NCBI GenBank assembly: GCA_048128005.1
Contig: JBEUKZ010000060.1
Span: 558,001 to 591,920, forward strand
Origin: Veleropilina oligotropha
Taxonomy: Eukaryota
Direction of reading: 5' to 3'
DNA length: 33,920 bases
Position 1 is the stretch's first letter. The number at the start of each line of letters is the position of its first letter. Positions 19,100 to 32,371 of the stretch are shown here, piece after piece. Below the pieces are notes generated by a model. That model was given only the letters and a program-made list of their open reading frames with translations, had not been told where the DNA came from and did not search any database. The position numbers were made by a program, and so were the translations under genes.

Positions 19100-20080
19100 G
19101 TATGGCTACAGTGCAGTGTATTTCATCTTGGCATCAGGAATACATTATGGCTAGAGTGCAGTATATTTCATTATGGCATCAGACTCACATAATGAGCGAC
19201 TACACTATAGCTAGAGTGCAGTATATCCACCGTGACATCAAACTCACACAGGAAGGGAATACACTATAGCTAGAGTGCAGTATATCCACCGTGACATCAA
19301 ACTCACACAGGAAGGGAATACACTATAGCTAGAGTGCAGTATATCCACCATGACATCAAACTCACACCTGTAGGAAGGGAATACACTATAGCTAGAGTGC
19401 AGTATACCCACCATGATATCAAACTCACACAGGAAGGGAATACACTATAGCTAGAGTGCAGCATATCCATCATGACATCAAACTCACACAGGATGGGAAT
19501 ACACTATAGCTAGAGTGCAGCATATCCATCATGACATCAAACTCACACAGGATGGGAATACACTATAGCTAGAGTGCAGTATACCCACCATGACATCAAA
19601 CTCGCACAGGAAGGGAATACACTATAGCTAGAGTGCAGTATATATATCCATCATGACATCAAACTCACACAGGAAGGGAATACACTATAGCTAGAGTGCA
19701 GTATATATATATCCATCATCACATCAAACTCACACAGGAGGGGAATACACTATATCTAGAGTGCAGTATATATATCCATCATGACATCAAACTCACACAG
19801 GAAGGGAATACACTATATCTAGAGTGCAGTATATCCATCATGACATCAAACTCACACAGAAAGGGAATACAGTATATCTAGAGTGCAGTATATTTATCAT
19901 GGCATCCGGAGAGACAACACTATGGCTAGAATGCAGTATAATCATCATGGCATCAGGCTCACACAGGGAGGGAATACACTATGGCTATTGGCTAGAGTAC
20001 AATGCAAGGAGCAACTACACTATAACTAGACTACAGTACATAATTGCATCAACTCTCAAAATGAAGGAATACACGATGGC
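19100..20080. repeat. 59-63-bp minisatellite (about 11 conserved units at 19200-19890, degenerate flanks)
   Basis: Unit GCTAGAGTGCAGTATATCCACCATGACATCAAACTCACACAGGAAGGGAATACACTATA; length varies by TA slippage. Confidence 0.95.
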
Positions 20081-20232
20081 TAAAAATGACTGATAAATAT
20101 CATATTCAGATTTTTGGGAAATAATGAAGTGTTATTTATACTGACGCCATTGATCGCTACCAGAAGAGACCGAGACTGTAACGAGTTGTATCAGCTATAG
20201 GTCCATCCTATTCGAATTACCCAAGCACTACT

Positions 20233-20995
20233 GGCCATTGATGCAAACCAGAAATCTGCGCAAAATCGACAATGGCAAACAACGACTTGCTACTACCCGT
20301 TGAAGATGAAGAATACAAGAGTATTACACACCAACAGCGGGTGCATGGTAGCAAGGTGGCATCGGCGTGTGAGTGGTTAGCACGTCACACTATCAACCGA
20401 AGCTGTTAGTTGGTCCAGAGTTCACGACCAGTGGCGGCTTGTTCTACCCCTTAAAGGGACAGGGTCTGCTTCAGATCGCTAAATATTATTAAATACCATT
20501 TAATCTAGCACTTTCGGTATGTATTCAATGTCTAAATTTAAGATGGTTCACATATTACAGCATTCTGAAAAAAAATGGACATTTAATTAAAAGTGATTTT
20601 TATTTAAATTTTGATTAAAAGGCGTACGCTTTTTAATCAAAATTTAAATAAAAATCACTTAATTAAATGTCCATTTATTTTCAGAATGCGGTAATATGTA
20701 AACCATCCTAAGTTTATAGACAGTGAATACATACAGAAAGTGTTAGATTAAATGGTATTTAATAATATTTAGCGATCTGAAGCAGATCCTGTCCCTTTAA
20801 AATAATAGAAGGCATATCCATAATGTATGTCGGTCAGATTGGAGTAAGACCTTAAGCCGGGTATCCAGACTACGATACGGCTGAAAAATTGTCAAAAGTG
20901 TTCGTAAAACAATGTTGTCAATCAAGTATGGTAGCAAGTCGATGTTTGCCATGATCGATTTCGCGATTACCGGTATTAGGTTTGCGTCAATGGCC
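20233..20995. mobile_element. Old TIR element (GGCC termini, possibly Harbinger-like) hosting the Kolobok-like MITE
   Basis: GGCCATTGATGCAAACC...ATGGCAAACAACGACTTGCTAC (20233-20293) is inverted with mismatches at ~20931-20995; TSD not clear. Confidence 0.55.
20455..20796. mobile_element. Fully palindromic Kolobok-like MITE
   Basis: TTAA|AGGGACAG...CTGTCCCT|TTAA. Arms of ~170 bp meet at GCGTACGC. TTAA TSD with RR..YY termini. Confidence 0.85.
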
Positions 20996-21484
20996 CATGC
21001 CAAATCAACAGAAATCAACTCCAAACGGAAATAACGCAATAACAACAATTTTTATTGGTTTATTTTATGAAGACAATGATGCGCAGTACCTACCAACGTG
21101 ATACGGAAGCAGTTCTGACCACACTTCTGTCACGGTGTTCTCATACCACACTATTGCGTCGTTGGATGGAATGAAAACGGTGATATTTGATTGGTTGAAG
21201 ACTGCTGCCAGCGAATTAGTTTGGATGAGTTGCGATGCCTACAACAAAAATCAAATATCTACAATAATTTTATCAGTGGTCCTGGATATTTGCGATTAGT
21301 TCGAATTTTTCTGTTGAATTACTATTGTAATTTCCAGTTTTAACACGGTCACCTATGGTCTGACCATCACATTGGTTGATCGATCATGACCATATTGAAA
21401 TGGAACAAACGGTCAGAATATTATTTGAAAAACACCGGCTTTAAAGAATTCAAGTTAAGTGCATGCGTGGACTTGAGTACATGC

Positions 21485-21735
21485 ACGTGTCTCTCCATGC
21501 GCATATCTCAACAACCATTAATTGATTCCATTTACTCATTTTTTTTATACGAGATAGGGTTGACCCTATGCTCGGACTTCCTCAAAGATGATCTGCATCG
21601 GGAAGCGGATCTGGATATTAGGACACAATTTAGCCATTTCTGGTTTGTGGATTGTCTGTCCGTGAGCACATCTCAATGACCATTGATCGGTTTTACTCAT
21701 TTTTTGACACGAGATAGGGTCCACCCTATTCCAGG
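21485..21735. repeat. Two-copy ~165-bp core repeat fragment (probable Helentron-type remnant)
   Basis: CATATCTCAA..CCATT..TTTACTCATTTTTT..ACGAGATAGGGT..ACCCTAT occurs twice. Confidence 0.5.
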
Positions 21736-23659
21736 CAATAAGAAGGTAATTATTTTTGACAGGCGGGTAATTCTTTACTACTAAAATGTCAATGTAATAT
21801 CAGAATGTCAGCAGGGTACACATTGTCTTATAGGCGGGTAAAAATACCCGGTACCCACCTATTAATGACACCCCTGCCTATTCTAGGTTCTCCTACAAAA
21901 AATTCGAATCGGAAAGCAGTTCCGGATTTATGATGTAATTTCCGTTGTGCGGATTTTCGGTTCTAGCAGCTGTCTAGCACTAAAACACTTCGCCATACAA
22001 CCTCCAAACTAGGCTCAAAATGGTCTTTAACTATTAGCCGCAGACATTTCTGGCTTTCATCAATGTGAAGGCTTCCTTGCTAGACAATCAATCAATCAAA
22101 ATTTGTAAACTTACTAAGATTCATAAACAATGAAAATAATATAAGAAAAAAATTAATCGTTTTTCTAACTTAGAATTTAGATGAGTACATAAGGCAAACA
22201 ACAGATTACGTAGGCAGGTTTTCCAGTTTATCCTCCGATTCAAATAACTTTATTTTTGAACGTGGGAAAGTATAATTGATGATAAACATAAGACTTGATA
22301 AGTTAACTGCATCACACTGTTACGAAGTAACCCAAGACGAGCGAACCAAACAATTTTCCGCTCTCGTGTCGCTGTAGCTTAAAATATATCACTAAATGTA
22401 TAGTCAGTTAAAACTTACTGTGCAAAAATATTGTCACTATGTTTCCCAGGTCGTCGTATTCGACTCGAAACATTTTCGTCTGCTGTGGAGATCGCACATA
22501 CTTAGCCTTGTTCGAAAGTTCGAAAATACCATTATTTGAATCGGATGCAAAACTCGTAATCTTCCTATACATTATATAATATATCCGTGACATTATATTT
22601 CTTCTTTTTGCAAAATCATAAATGTAAAAATAACGTTTAATGGTCGCTTTCTTCGCTTAATTACAAAATTAAAATTGAAAAATAACCTTATATGTTCATC
22701 TTAGTTAATTAATACTTTATTGAAAATACAAAGTAGACTACGTACGCACGTATACATATAACCTGCTACTAGGCCTATTATTGGCCTATATATTTATAAT
22801 ATCCCAGGAATAGTATAGGCCTAACGCTTTCCCATAACAACCGAGTATATCGATGTTTTTTAATAATACTGTTTTGCTTTACCAAATAAGAGCACTGTCC
22901 ATTTTGTTTTTCTTTAATCCTTTGTGCATCTATAGGCCTATTTAAAAATGAAGAAACACAAATTGAAAACTGCTTTGTCGAACAGGATAAAAGCAACTCG
23001 TACAGCTAGAACATCTACGTCTTGAACAATCAGCGAATTAGATTCGAATTCGGAAAGTGTGCATTCTGCTACACAAACAAGGCGAATCAAAGACGGATTT
23101 ATCCACAACGCGACGGAGATAAGCAGCCTCCACTGGTTACAGTTATTGCAATTACAGAAAAAGCACTTAAGCCAAATGAAAATATCGCGAGGGTTGCAGG
23201 TCATAATAAAGGAAGTATCGGAGAAATGTACACACTTTAGACCGTGCATGCCGTCCAGTATGGAGACGGTGGTGACTTTTAAGGGGGTACATGATGCATC
23301 GGTCAGTACAACTTGCATGATTAGGCCTACTATAATAAAACAACAGAAACTCGGCCTATGATTTTCGAGAATTAGAATGCCGTGACGTATTGCATTTGCC
23401 TATATCACAGAATTGTGAATATAATTCCTTACAGGATCGATATTCAAGGTGGTATCCACTGCAATGCGACCGAAAAGTGTTACCAGTGACGGTGTCACCA
23501 TCTCCTTAGTTTTGCACGCCTTTCAATGTCGCAATATAAATTATCGGGTGTTGTACTTTCTTTACGACCTTCATCAAGAATATATTTTGCATGTACATCA
23601 CTAGCTGAATATAAAATTATTAAAATCTGTTATTTATCCATTGTTTATTTCAACATAAA

Positions 23660-23800
23660 CAGTGGGCCGGTGCAGTTTAGTGGCTATGATGCTGAGTTCG
23701 ATTCCAGGGTGTGTTGAGAATTTGTCACAGGTAGGCCTACACGTCGTCTCATTACACGCAGTTTCCATATATCTGATAGAGACGTTAAGCCAAAGCCCCG
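23660..23800 (+). mobile_element. Degenerate tRNA-derived SINE fragment
   Basis: B-box GAGTTCGATTCC (~23694-23705) and a GACGTTAAGCC tail motif. Confidence 0.4.
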
Positions 23801-24529
23801 ACTATACAGACACGACTGATCTTTTTATAATGTGATCGTAAAAATAAACCGATTAGATTAAATATTAGATTAAATCGACATAAACAGCAGTTTTCATACA
23901 CTCCGATTTGATAATAGGGCCTACGATCCAGTAAATATTCACGGTTCACTGTTACTACTTCCTCATTGAGGCACGGCCATTATCTTTGAAGACAGAAAGG
24001 CACATGAAATATTCATAAACAATTGCAAACATATAGATCAGTATAATTCTGATCAATTTCTGCCGAGTCATTAATTATGATATATTATAGATATAACCAA
24101 ATTGCAAAGGTAGAAAACAATTTCTGACGCTTGAGGCATTGTGTGACATAGACTCAGACATGCTCGGCTGAATCTATACTGACTTCATTCTCTCACAAAT
24201 ATCTCTTTAAGGTATATTTCCTGAGTATATAATATTGAACTTTTACATACATCGATAATATGACCTAAGCAGAGGGTATTAAGTAACATATACCATTATC
24301 TCGACATAATATAATATGTATATATCCGGGTCCCAGTTTCTCTGCCTTTTCTGTGCTCATCGCTATCTGTATATCCTACCACGGAATACCAGAGATGGGA
24401 ATTTAGGATCGACCATTGGTCGAAAACCTTACGGATTTTTCCGGCAGAGTAGTCCATAATCGGCGATGGAATTCACTGGATATTTCGGGCTTTCGTCCAT
24501 GTTAAGAGGGGATATATAATCAGTATAGA

Positions 24530-25911
24530 TTAGCCAACTTGAGACTGTGGATTCGTGTGAAATAATTCATGCGGTCTGACAGGCCAAAGCAGGCGCGGAT
24601 TTAGAGGGGGGGGGGGCGCCACCCGGCTCCGCCCCGCCCCCCTCTGCCAGTGGAACCTAATCTGTTGAATTTGCATTTCTGTATATAAATGATGCACTAT
24701 GATACTTTTGATAAAACCCAACACATATTTTGTATATTATAAACTTGATATTTTTAATATGCAAATTAGTATTTACAAAAAATGTCACCGATTTTTAACG
24801 AGTCCGATGGTATTCGAAGTCCGAATCGATAACGCTTGAAGTTCCGTATTACTCGTAATTTTGTCAAGGATTTAAATTTGTCGCGCTTTTTTCCGACACC
24901 CGAATCGACGACATCTTATGACCGCAACGAAAATTGTATACTACAGATCAATTTTTAACCTCCATTTATCACCATGCACTCGTACATAATGATGATAAAC
25001 ATCGTATTTGCACTCTCAGAATGCAGGAAAGAGGCATTCACACCGTTAATTATCAAAATTAACATATATTTCATAGTCAATTTGCAACATTTTACTCATA
25101 TATAATAGCGAAAATGGTCTTAAATGTTAGTAAAAACACATCGTATTTGCATTTTCAGAATGCAGGAGAGGGGGTTTGAACTTTCATAGTTTCATAATTA
25201 TCAGAATTTTCTTCAATTTTACTCAATACATAGTGGTGAAAGTCGTATTTGCACTCTCATTAGGCAGGAGAGGGGTTTCACACCGTTAATTGTCGAAATT
25301 TTCCTTCGTGTGAGACATTAATTTTCATAGATGTCAAATTTTCACCTTTTTCACATTCATATTGGTGAAAATGTTCATAAATGTTGGTAAAAAACATTGT
25401 ATTTGCACTATCACTCTCACAGGAGTGGGGGTTTCATATCGTTAATTATCAAATTTTCTTAAATTTGCAACATATAACTTATACATAGTGGCGAAAATGT
25501 TCATAAATGTTGGTAAACAAATATCGTATTTGCACTTTCATAATGCAGGAGAGGGGATTTCACATCATTAATTGTTGAAATATTTCTCCGTGTGACACAT
25601 ATTTCAAAGTAGGTTACATGTCCGATTTAAACCTTTATTCTTACATATATGGCGAAATGTATGTTTCTTAATGTAAGTAAAAGATCGCATTTTCTGTTCA
25701 TTAAAGTCTAATTTTAAGACAATTAATAAACTGGTCAATATAAATACTAGAGTGCAGGAGAACGCATCTAAGACCTTTTATAACGAAAAAATGTTCAGGG
25801 GTGCATGCTCCCGAACCCCCCTAGCAGACATACGCCCCCCCCTTCAGAAATCCCGGATCCACCCCTGAAAAGTGAATTATTTTACACGAATCCACAGTCT
25901 CAAGTTTGTTA
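24530..25911. mobile_element. Short hairpin MITE split by a hAT-like insertion
   Basis: AACTTGAGACTGTGGATTCGTGTGAAATAATTCA (24536-24569) is inverted at ~25873-25906 with 1 mismatch. Confidence 0.65.
24590..25867. mobile_element. hAT-like non-autonomous element with internal repeats
   Basis: CAGGCGCGGAT...ATCCACCCCTG termini with G/C-rich subterminal tracts. Five or six ATCGTATTTGCACTCTCAGAATGCAGGAGAGGGG repeats at 24995-25590. No clean 8-bp TSD. Confidence 0.65.
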
Positions 25912-27107
25912 ACTTACTTAATCCATCTTGACATTGTTTGCTATGTTTGCATTTCAAACATTAAATTAATATTATACAAAATCGCCCATTTAAGAAAAAT
26001 AAGAAACATTTTGTGCCAAATGTGGATTCCGCACCCAAAAACCCCTGTCGGACATCATTTCCAATTAGATAGAATCATCTTTAAGAATAGATATTTAATT
26101 TGCTTAAGTGCAATTATACCGGCATGCAAGGTGAATAATTTTACGTCACGAGAAAATCGTTCATATGAACAATAACATTATACGAATCATTTTGGAGTAT
26201 GTTGTCAGGTTCTTCTGAACGTTAATCGTGTTTTGCATTTTTATTTTAGGTAACGAATTCACTGTGCTTTCATTTTGTTGTAAGTACAAAAGTGTTGTCT
26301 GCATGTTAAAATAATTAGTATTTTACTTTCATCAGTGTTCACGTGTTCTAGAATGGACCAGTTAACTCAAACATTATTTCATCTCTTTCTGGAATGGAAT
26401 CGCTGAATGCACGCAACGTTTGTTTAATTGGTCTTTTAATCAGCGAACACAATAGCGTCACAGTCGTGGGATTATCAACAGTTATAACAAAAGAAAACAA
26501 GGCCGACATGGATTAAATATGCCTTTCTTATTGTCCACTATAGATGACAAAGCACATCATAATTCTTCAGACATATTTTTCACTTGCTAGTATGTGAAGG
26601 AAACAATGCATGTTTTACAGCCATAAGACGAAACAAGTCGGTGCAACGCCAAATACATCGCAATTACGTGTAATTGACTCATCAAAGCAATCTGTTTCAC
26701 CTCCAGAAATTGACAAATTGATATCAATAATTAAATCGTCAATTAATCAGCAACATATGGATCGTGCTGCCGAAACAGGTACGCTTCCAAATTAATGACA
26801 TTTGTAAATGAGGGCCTTATGGCTATGAAGTGGTGTTGGCAAAGGCACCGAAAAAGAGCTGTTTATGCATGTATAGCGTGCATGTGTTTTTGTAATATGC
26901 GCAACATAACATGTATACGTATTTTAGTAACACGAAATCTGAAGGTGGCATATGTATCTGTATCGTATCATATTGAATTACACACTTCAATGTTGTTCCA
27001 CGCTTTTCTTTTCTTGTTTTTAACAACTTTCGATCAGATTCACACAAGGACATATCTATATTATCACCTGCCAATTTTGACTAATGTGACTGTTAACTAA
27101 ACAAAGA

Positions 27108-27198
27108 CTGCCCCGCCGACGATTAGAACCCACTCCTGTTAGACAGAGCAGTCAAACAAGTGAATTCGAAGCTCACTCACTTATCCACTAGACTACTG
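27108..27198 (-). mobile_element. tRNA-derived SINE head or tRNA pseudogene
   Basis: Minus strand has A-box TAGTCTAGTGG and B-box-like GGTTCTAATC with long spacing; it does not fold into a full cloverleaf. Confidence 0.5.
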
Positions 27199-28527
27199 GT
27201 GAAGCCTGCAAAGGAAGAAGAGTTGACGAACACCAACAACTGTTTCAGAGAGTAGCTCTCGTTGGTGTGTGTATACATTTATAGTTTGTCAGAAACATAT
27301 TGCTGGGTAATTGCTACCGAGTGAAGCGCCAAGAAAACTAATTTAACGCATCGTTTATTGTCGGGTATTTAAATATGCATAGCAAGCCAGACAGTCTAGT
27401 GGCATCACTGGTACTTGGGAAAAAATGTAGGCCTACTTATCGTGGTGCTGTATTACAAAATCTGACAGAAGAATTGATCAGCTTTTTGTTTCGGTAAACA
27501 GCCAGTCTCTAGTCCGTAATATCAAGTAATGAAACGCCATAACAAATTATCAAACAGCTGGTGAAATACATCGGCATCGGCAGTATATAGACTACTGTGA
27601 TTAATAACTCCTAATTATGCATCAAAGATAATAAGATGTTCCTCCTTACAAATTCAGCGTCAAAAGATTGCAATTACATATCATATATGTATCACATAGC
27701 CTAGCTCAATGGCAATTCTTAACTCCTTCTAGACCAGTGGCAGGAAGCAGAAAAGGTCTCTAGAAAATGGACATACCCCTACCGGAGGTATAACAAGTTG
27801 AATTTGGTATCAAAATAAAGGTTATTCTCTCTAGTTTCCAGAAATGATGTTGTACTTTGCACAAAATGGTAACCCTTTTGTCCCAAAATGCACATAACAT
27901 ATGTATATCAATGAACCTTCAAATTGTGTGATCCTGGTGATAGGAAATCAAATTAAACCCCATATACTGCTGTTTTCTTTTTGAGAACAACATGTAGAAA
28001 CAATATGTTGCTGTTTTAGGGGTTGTATGAATAATTACGGGGTCTGCCAACCCCCAAAATGACATTTTGGCCCTTTTTCCAGATTTTTTTCTCATAGTTT
28101 CCATTCTAAATATCGGTAAATGGGATATAACAACTTTGATGTGTAACCAAAATAATTGCAGTGGCGTCCACTATCTAGAAAAATTACATTTTCAATAAAG
28201 GGGCCACAATTAACATGGTTCTAACCCCTTATTAGCAAAACACAAAAATCCCGAAATTGCGCAGATTTCGTCATTTTGTGACTTTCATGAATATATTGTC
28301 TCCTGTAACAAAAAATTTGCTTGCGTTGTGCCCAGTTATTTCCTTTGATGAGCTTGAGGTAGTTGGGCTGGGTGACTGGACAGGGTGGGCAGGGTGCGGT
28401 GGGGAGGGTTCCTACCCGAAAAATGATGCCAATACCTTAAGACACATGAATCTTCCAACGAACTCGGAGGAATGATCAAAATTAAACCCCAAATACTGCT
28501 GTTTTCATGTTAAGAATAACATGTATA

Positions 28528-29691
28528 ATTAAAGCTGCGAGCAGCTGTGAGGGCTTCAATCAGATAAACGAAATAAAAAAAGACGTAAAATACAAAAAAA
28601 TAAAATGTTTAATTTAAAAAAAAAAAAAAATTACAAAAAAAATCAATATTTTCGAATTTTTTTATTATTTCCATTCAAAATATCTAAGCTCTAGCATCAA
28701 TATTAACCGAGTTGGCCATTTCGTGACCATTTCCTGGCAAAAATAGGGCGTTTTCCTTAATTAGGTCATTTACTGCAATGTAGGTCAACTGAGGTCAAAG
28801 GTCAAGGTCACATGTGGAAGATGAACCATGACTTCCCATAGGCTCCCCATAGTAACTATGTGTCTGCGGTGCATCCTTTTTGATATATTGCCACTTGAAA
28901 CAAATGCTTTAATGGCCGGCGAGGCACTTCCTGTTTTTCGATTTTATCACGTAAATTTGATAAATGTCGACTACAGACATCAATAGTAGTTCTCTTGAAC
29001 CACTATGGGCACACATGTATGCATTTTTCCTTAATTAGGTCATTTCCTGCAATGTAGGTCACCTGAGGTCAAAGGTCAAGGTCATTTTCGAAAGCCCACC
29101 CATGACTTCCCATAGGCTCCCCATAGTAACCATGGGTCTACGTTGCATCATTTCCAAGATATAGCCATTTTAAATTGATTTCAGTATGGCCGCCGGTTAA
29201 ATTAAAAATTCAAAAATCCACTCTCATGACATTTTTGACAAGCGACTCTGGCATCCGAATATACTAATCATGTCCCGCTAGGTTAAATATTAACAAAGTT
29301 ATAAAAGAAGCTAGTTTATGACGTAATTCAAGATGGCCGCCAGACTACTAGCGCCATGAAACTTGAAAATAGAACGAGGCAATGCTTCAATGATGTGCCC
29401 AAGCACACATGAATTTTGAAAGCTGTAGCTATAGCCGTTTTCGCGCTAAAGTGCCCACAAAAAACGTCAGAATAAGAGACGTAATTCAAGATGGCCGCCA
29501 TACTACTAGCGCCATGAAACTTGAAAATAGAACGAGGCAATGCTTCAATGATGTGCCCAAGCACACATGAATTTTGAAAGCTGTAGCTATAGCCGTTTTC
29601 GCGCTAAAGTGCCCACAAAAAAACGTCAGAATAAGAATAATAACCGGTACAATTTCAATAGGGCTTCAAGCTTGAAAGAGCTTGAAGCCCT
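28528..29691 (+). mobile_element. Non-autonomous Helentron/HINE
   Basis: 5' ATTAAAGCTGCGAGCAGC plus subTIR AGGGCTTCAA (28550). 3' AATAAG microsatellite and hairpin AGGGCTTCAAGCT..AGCTTGAAGCCCT. Internal GAGGTCAAAGGTCAAGGTCA repeats. The empty site is present in the other arm (~33130-33150); no TSD. Confidence 0.88.
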
Positions 29692-30092
29692 AATAATTCA
29701 TGGCTGTTTTAGAGGTTGTATGCATTAATAGTGCCTGCCTACCCCCAAAATGACATTTTGGACCCTTTTCCCCCAAACTTTCCATTATAATTATCAATAA
29801 AAGGGATATAACAACCTTGATGTACACTTAAAACAACTTTATTTGTATACACTTTCTACAAAATAATATTTTGAATAAAGTTGCTGCAATTAACATGGCT
29901 TTAACCCTTTAATAACACAAACACCGCAGTCCCGTGTACCTACACATTTTGTCATTTTGTAACTCATGAATGGATTATCTCCTGTAACATCAATTTCAGC
30001 TTACATTGCCGAGTTTCATCTCTTTTTATGATGTATTTGCTTATGATGTTAACAATTGTTGGACTAGGCCAGTGGGGGTGTCTGGGGGTTCA

Positions 30093-30382
30093 TCTTAATA
30101 TAATGGAGCTATAATTGTATGCGGGTCTGTCTGTTTCAAGTTGAACTCCTCCCAGACGCTTTGACCTAGGACCTTCAAACTTTGGGGGGTTAATCGGGGT
30201 CCCCCAAGGAAGGTTTACCACGAAAAAAATTCGGAAAATTCGCGAAAAAAAAAAAAATTTACTATCATTTTTAATATAATGGAGAAAAAAAAATAAAAAT
30301 AAAAAGGGAGCACTATCCAAAAAAAAAAAAAAAAAATTTGGGCTGGGGGGACTTACCCGGCGAAGACGGGTACCATTGCTAG
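30093..30382 (+). mobile_element. Non-autonomous canonical Helitron
   Basis: A|TC...hairpin ACCCGGCGAAGACGGGT...CTAG|T. The empty A|T site is visible in the other arm (~32185-32197). Confidence 0.9.
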
Positions 30383-30519
30383 TACACACAAAAATAGTGC
30401 TGTAGTCCCATGTTCCTATGCCACTGAACTAAGCCTTATATCTATGTAATTGGGCATTTCCTTTTATAATTTCAAGTTGCTCCATACAATCTAGGACTGG
30501 TTATCAGCAAAACATCATT

Positions 30520-31073
30520 TTAGTCTTCGTCATCATTCCCATCATCATCATCATCATCTTGCAGCACAGCGACAGTGTTTGGGCAGTCATTGCAGCTGCA
30601 TATTTCTATACATTTCAGGCCAGCAAAAGCACATGGACATTTTTTGCCATCAGTACAGTCTGTATCTTTACAGTATAGGTGGGTCAGGTTCCGTATATCC
30701 CTGGGGGCTGATTCCCTCAGGCTTGTCACACAGTACAAGCTTTCATCACGTTTACCCCAGCCGTATTTAGTGAGATCTCTCATTCTGGGCTTTGCAATGT
30801 AGCTACTGCACCAGATCATTGTCTGGAACTTTGCTCTAAGAGCATGTTGCCTAAACGCAGTTCATCAGTGGGTAGAAGGGATGATACCGGTTTGTCGGTC
30901 TTGGACGATAACGTGAAGCGCAATTCATCAAGCGTAGCATATGATCTGTGTGTCGCATTTTCTTCAATGTACTGGCTCAAGAAGTAAATGGGGGCTGCTT
31001 TGTTCTGTTCTAACTTCAAGAACCGCCTGTAGTCTGGGACTTGTCTCTATCCAATGATCTTGCGAGAGGGTCC
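30520..31073 (-). pseudogene. Academ ORF remnant, inverted copy (VPDYRRFLK..NK..FL segment fused to the C-terminal Cys-rich part)
   Basis: TLDELRF...GW...CKDTDCTDGKKCPCAFAGLKCIEICSCNDCPN; frameshift near 30860 and an internal stop. Confidence 0.8.
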
Positions 31074-31080
31074 ATCAGTA

Positions 31081-32054
31081 CACATAATTCCTCAAGAACA
31101 AAAACTTGTGATTGTTGGAGGTCATCTCAACCGATAAGTTGTGAGAGAGATAACAGATCATAGAACCAGAGATCTATAGAGGATATTTTCAACCCACGAT
31201 GAGGCAGATACCAGGATGATATTGCATGCCAAATATGTGTCAACCTTTACCCGCACCATTGTCAGATGTGATGATACAGATGTCCTAGTTCTTTTACTGT
31301 ACTACCAAAGTAGAAGTATTTTAAGATATGATGTATACATGCACGCCGGTCACTCTCGAAAGTTTGTCACCAGGGAGCTGTTCATTCCAGTATCGAAAAT
31401 TGCCGAGGTTATTGGGATAGAACAGTGTTGCATCCTACCTGCTGTGCATGTCCTTACATGCTGCGATTCCACCTGTGGCGTCTTCAGGATTGAGAAGAAG
31501 ACTGCCTACACCATCCTCCAAAAACACCAGGCGGCTCTGAATGGACTGACATAATTCCACTGTCCAGATGACGGGGGACTTCATGCTGCTAGGGAGTCCT
31601 CCTTTTGATGTATGGAAAGACTCGCAAGGGCAGATCATACGATACGCTTGATGAATTGCGCTTCATGTTATCGTCCACGACCGACAAACCGGTGTCATCA
31701 TTTCCACCCACTGATGATGCGTTTAGGCAACATGCTCTTAGAGCAAAGTTCCAGAAAATGGCATGGTGCAGTAGCCACATTGCAAAGCCCAGAATGAGAG
31801 ATCCCACTGAATACGGATGGGTTAAACGTGATGGAAGCTTGCAGTGTGTGATAAGCCTGAAGGAATCAGCCTCCGGGGAAATACGGAACCTGACTCACCT
31901 ATACTGTAAATATACAGGCAGCACTGATGGCAGAAAATGTCCATGTGTTTTTACTGGCCTGAAATGTATAGAAATATGCAGCTGCAATGACTGCCCAATC
32001 ACTGTCGCTGTGCTGCAAGATGATGATGATGATGGGAATGATGACGAAGACTAA
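31081..32054 (+). pseudogene. Academ XPG/PIN-like nuclease plus Cys-rich (CXC-like) C-terminus, disrupted
   Basis: HDEADTRMILHA, DDTDVLVLLL, HVLTCCDST..KKTAY, PPTDDAFRQHALRAKFQ..W, P..YGW, CPC..CIEICSCNDC; stops and a frameshift near 31550-31605. Confidence 0.85.
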
Positions 32055-32371
32055 AATGATGTTTTGCTGATAATTAATCCTAGATTGTATGGGGCAACTT
32101 GAAATTATAGGAAGAAATGTATAATTACATAGATATAAGGCCTAGTTCACTGGCGTAGGAACAAGGGACTACAGCACTATTTTTGTGTGTATGAACTCAA
32201 AGACAACCCCATTGGCCTAGACCAGCAATGGATAACATCATAAGCAAATAAATCATAAAAAGAGATAAAACTCGGCAATGTAAGCTGAAATTGATGTTAC
32301 AGTAGACAATCCATTCATAAGATACAAATTGACAAAATGTTTAGATACACAGGACTGCGATGTTTTTGCTA

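Noticed and set aside
20355..20440. tRNA-like A/B boxes
   Set aside because: Too degenerate for a tRNA gene; at most a SINE remnant.
22400..23600. ORFs with a faint THAP-like 'CVHFSDTSF' or other transposase remnant
   Set aside because: Other THAP residues, splice support and termini are not identifiable; a TBLASTX against repeat libraries would be needed.
32329..32371. N-terminus of the 189-aa ORF
   Set aside because: Chimeric: these codons are Academ-arm sequence upstream of the LINE truncation point.
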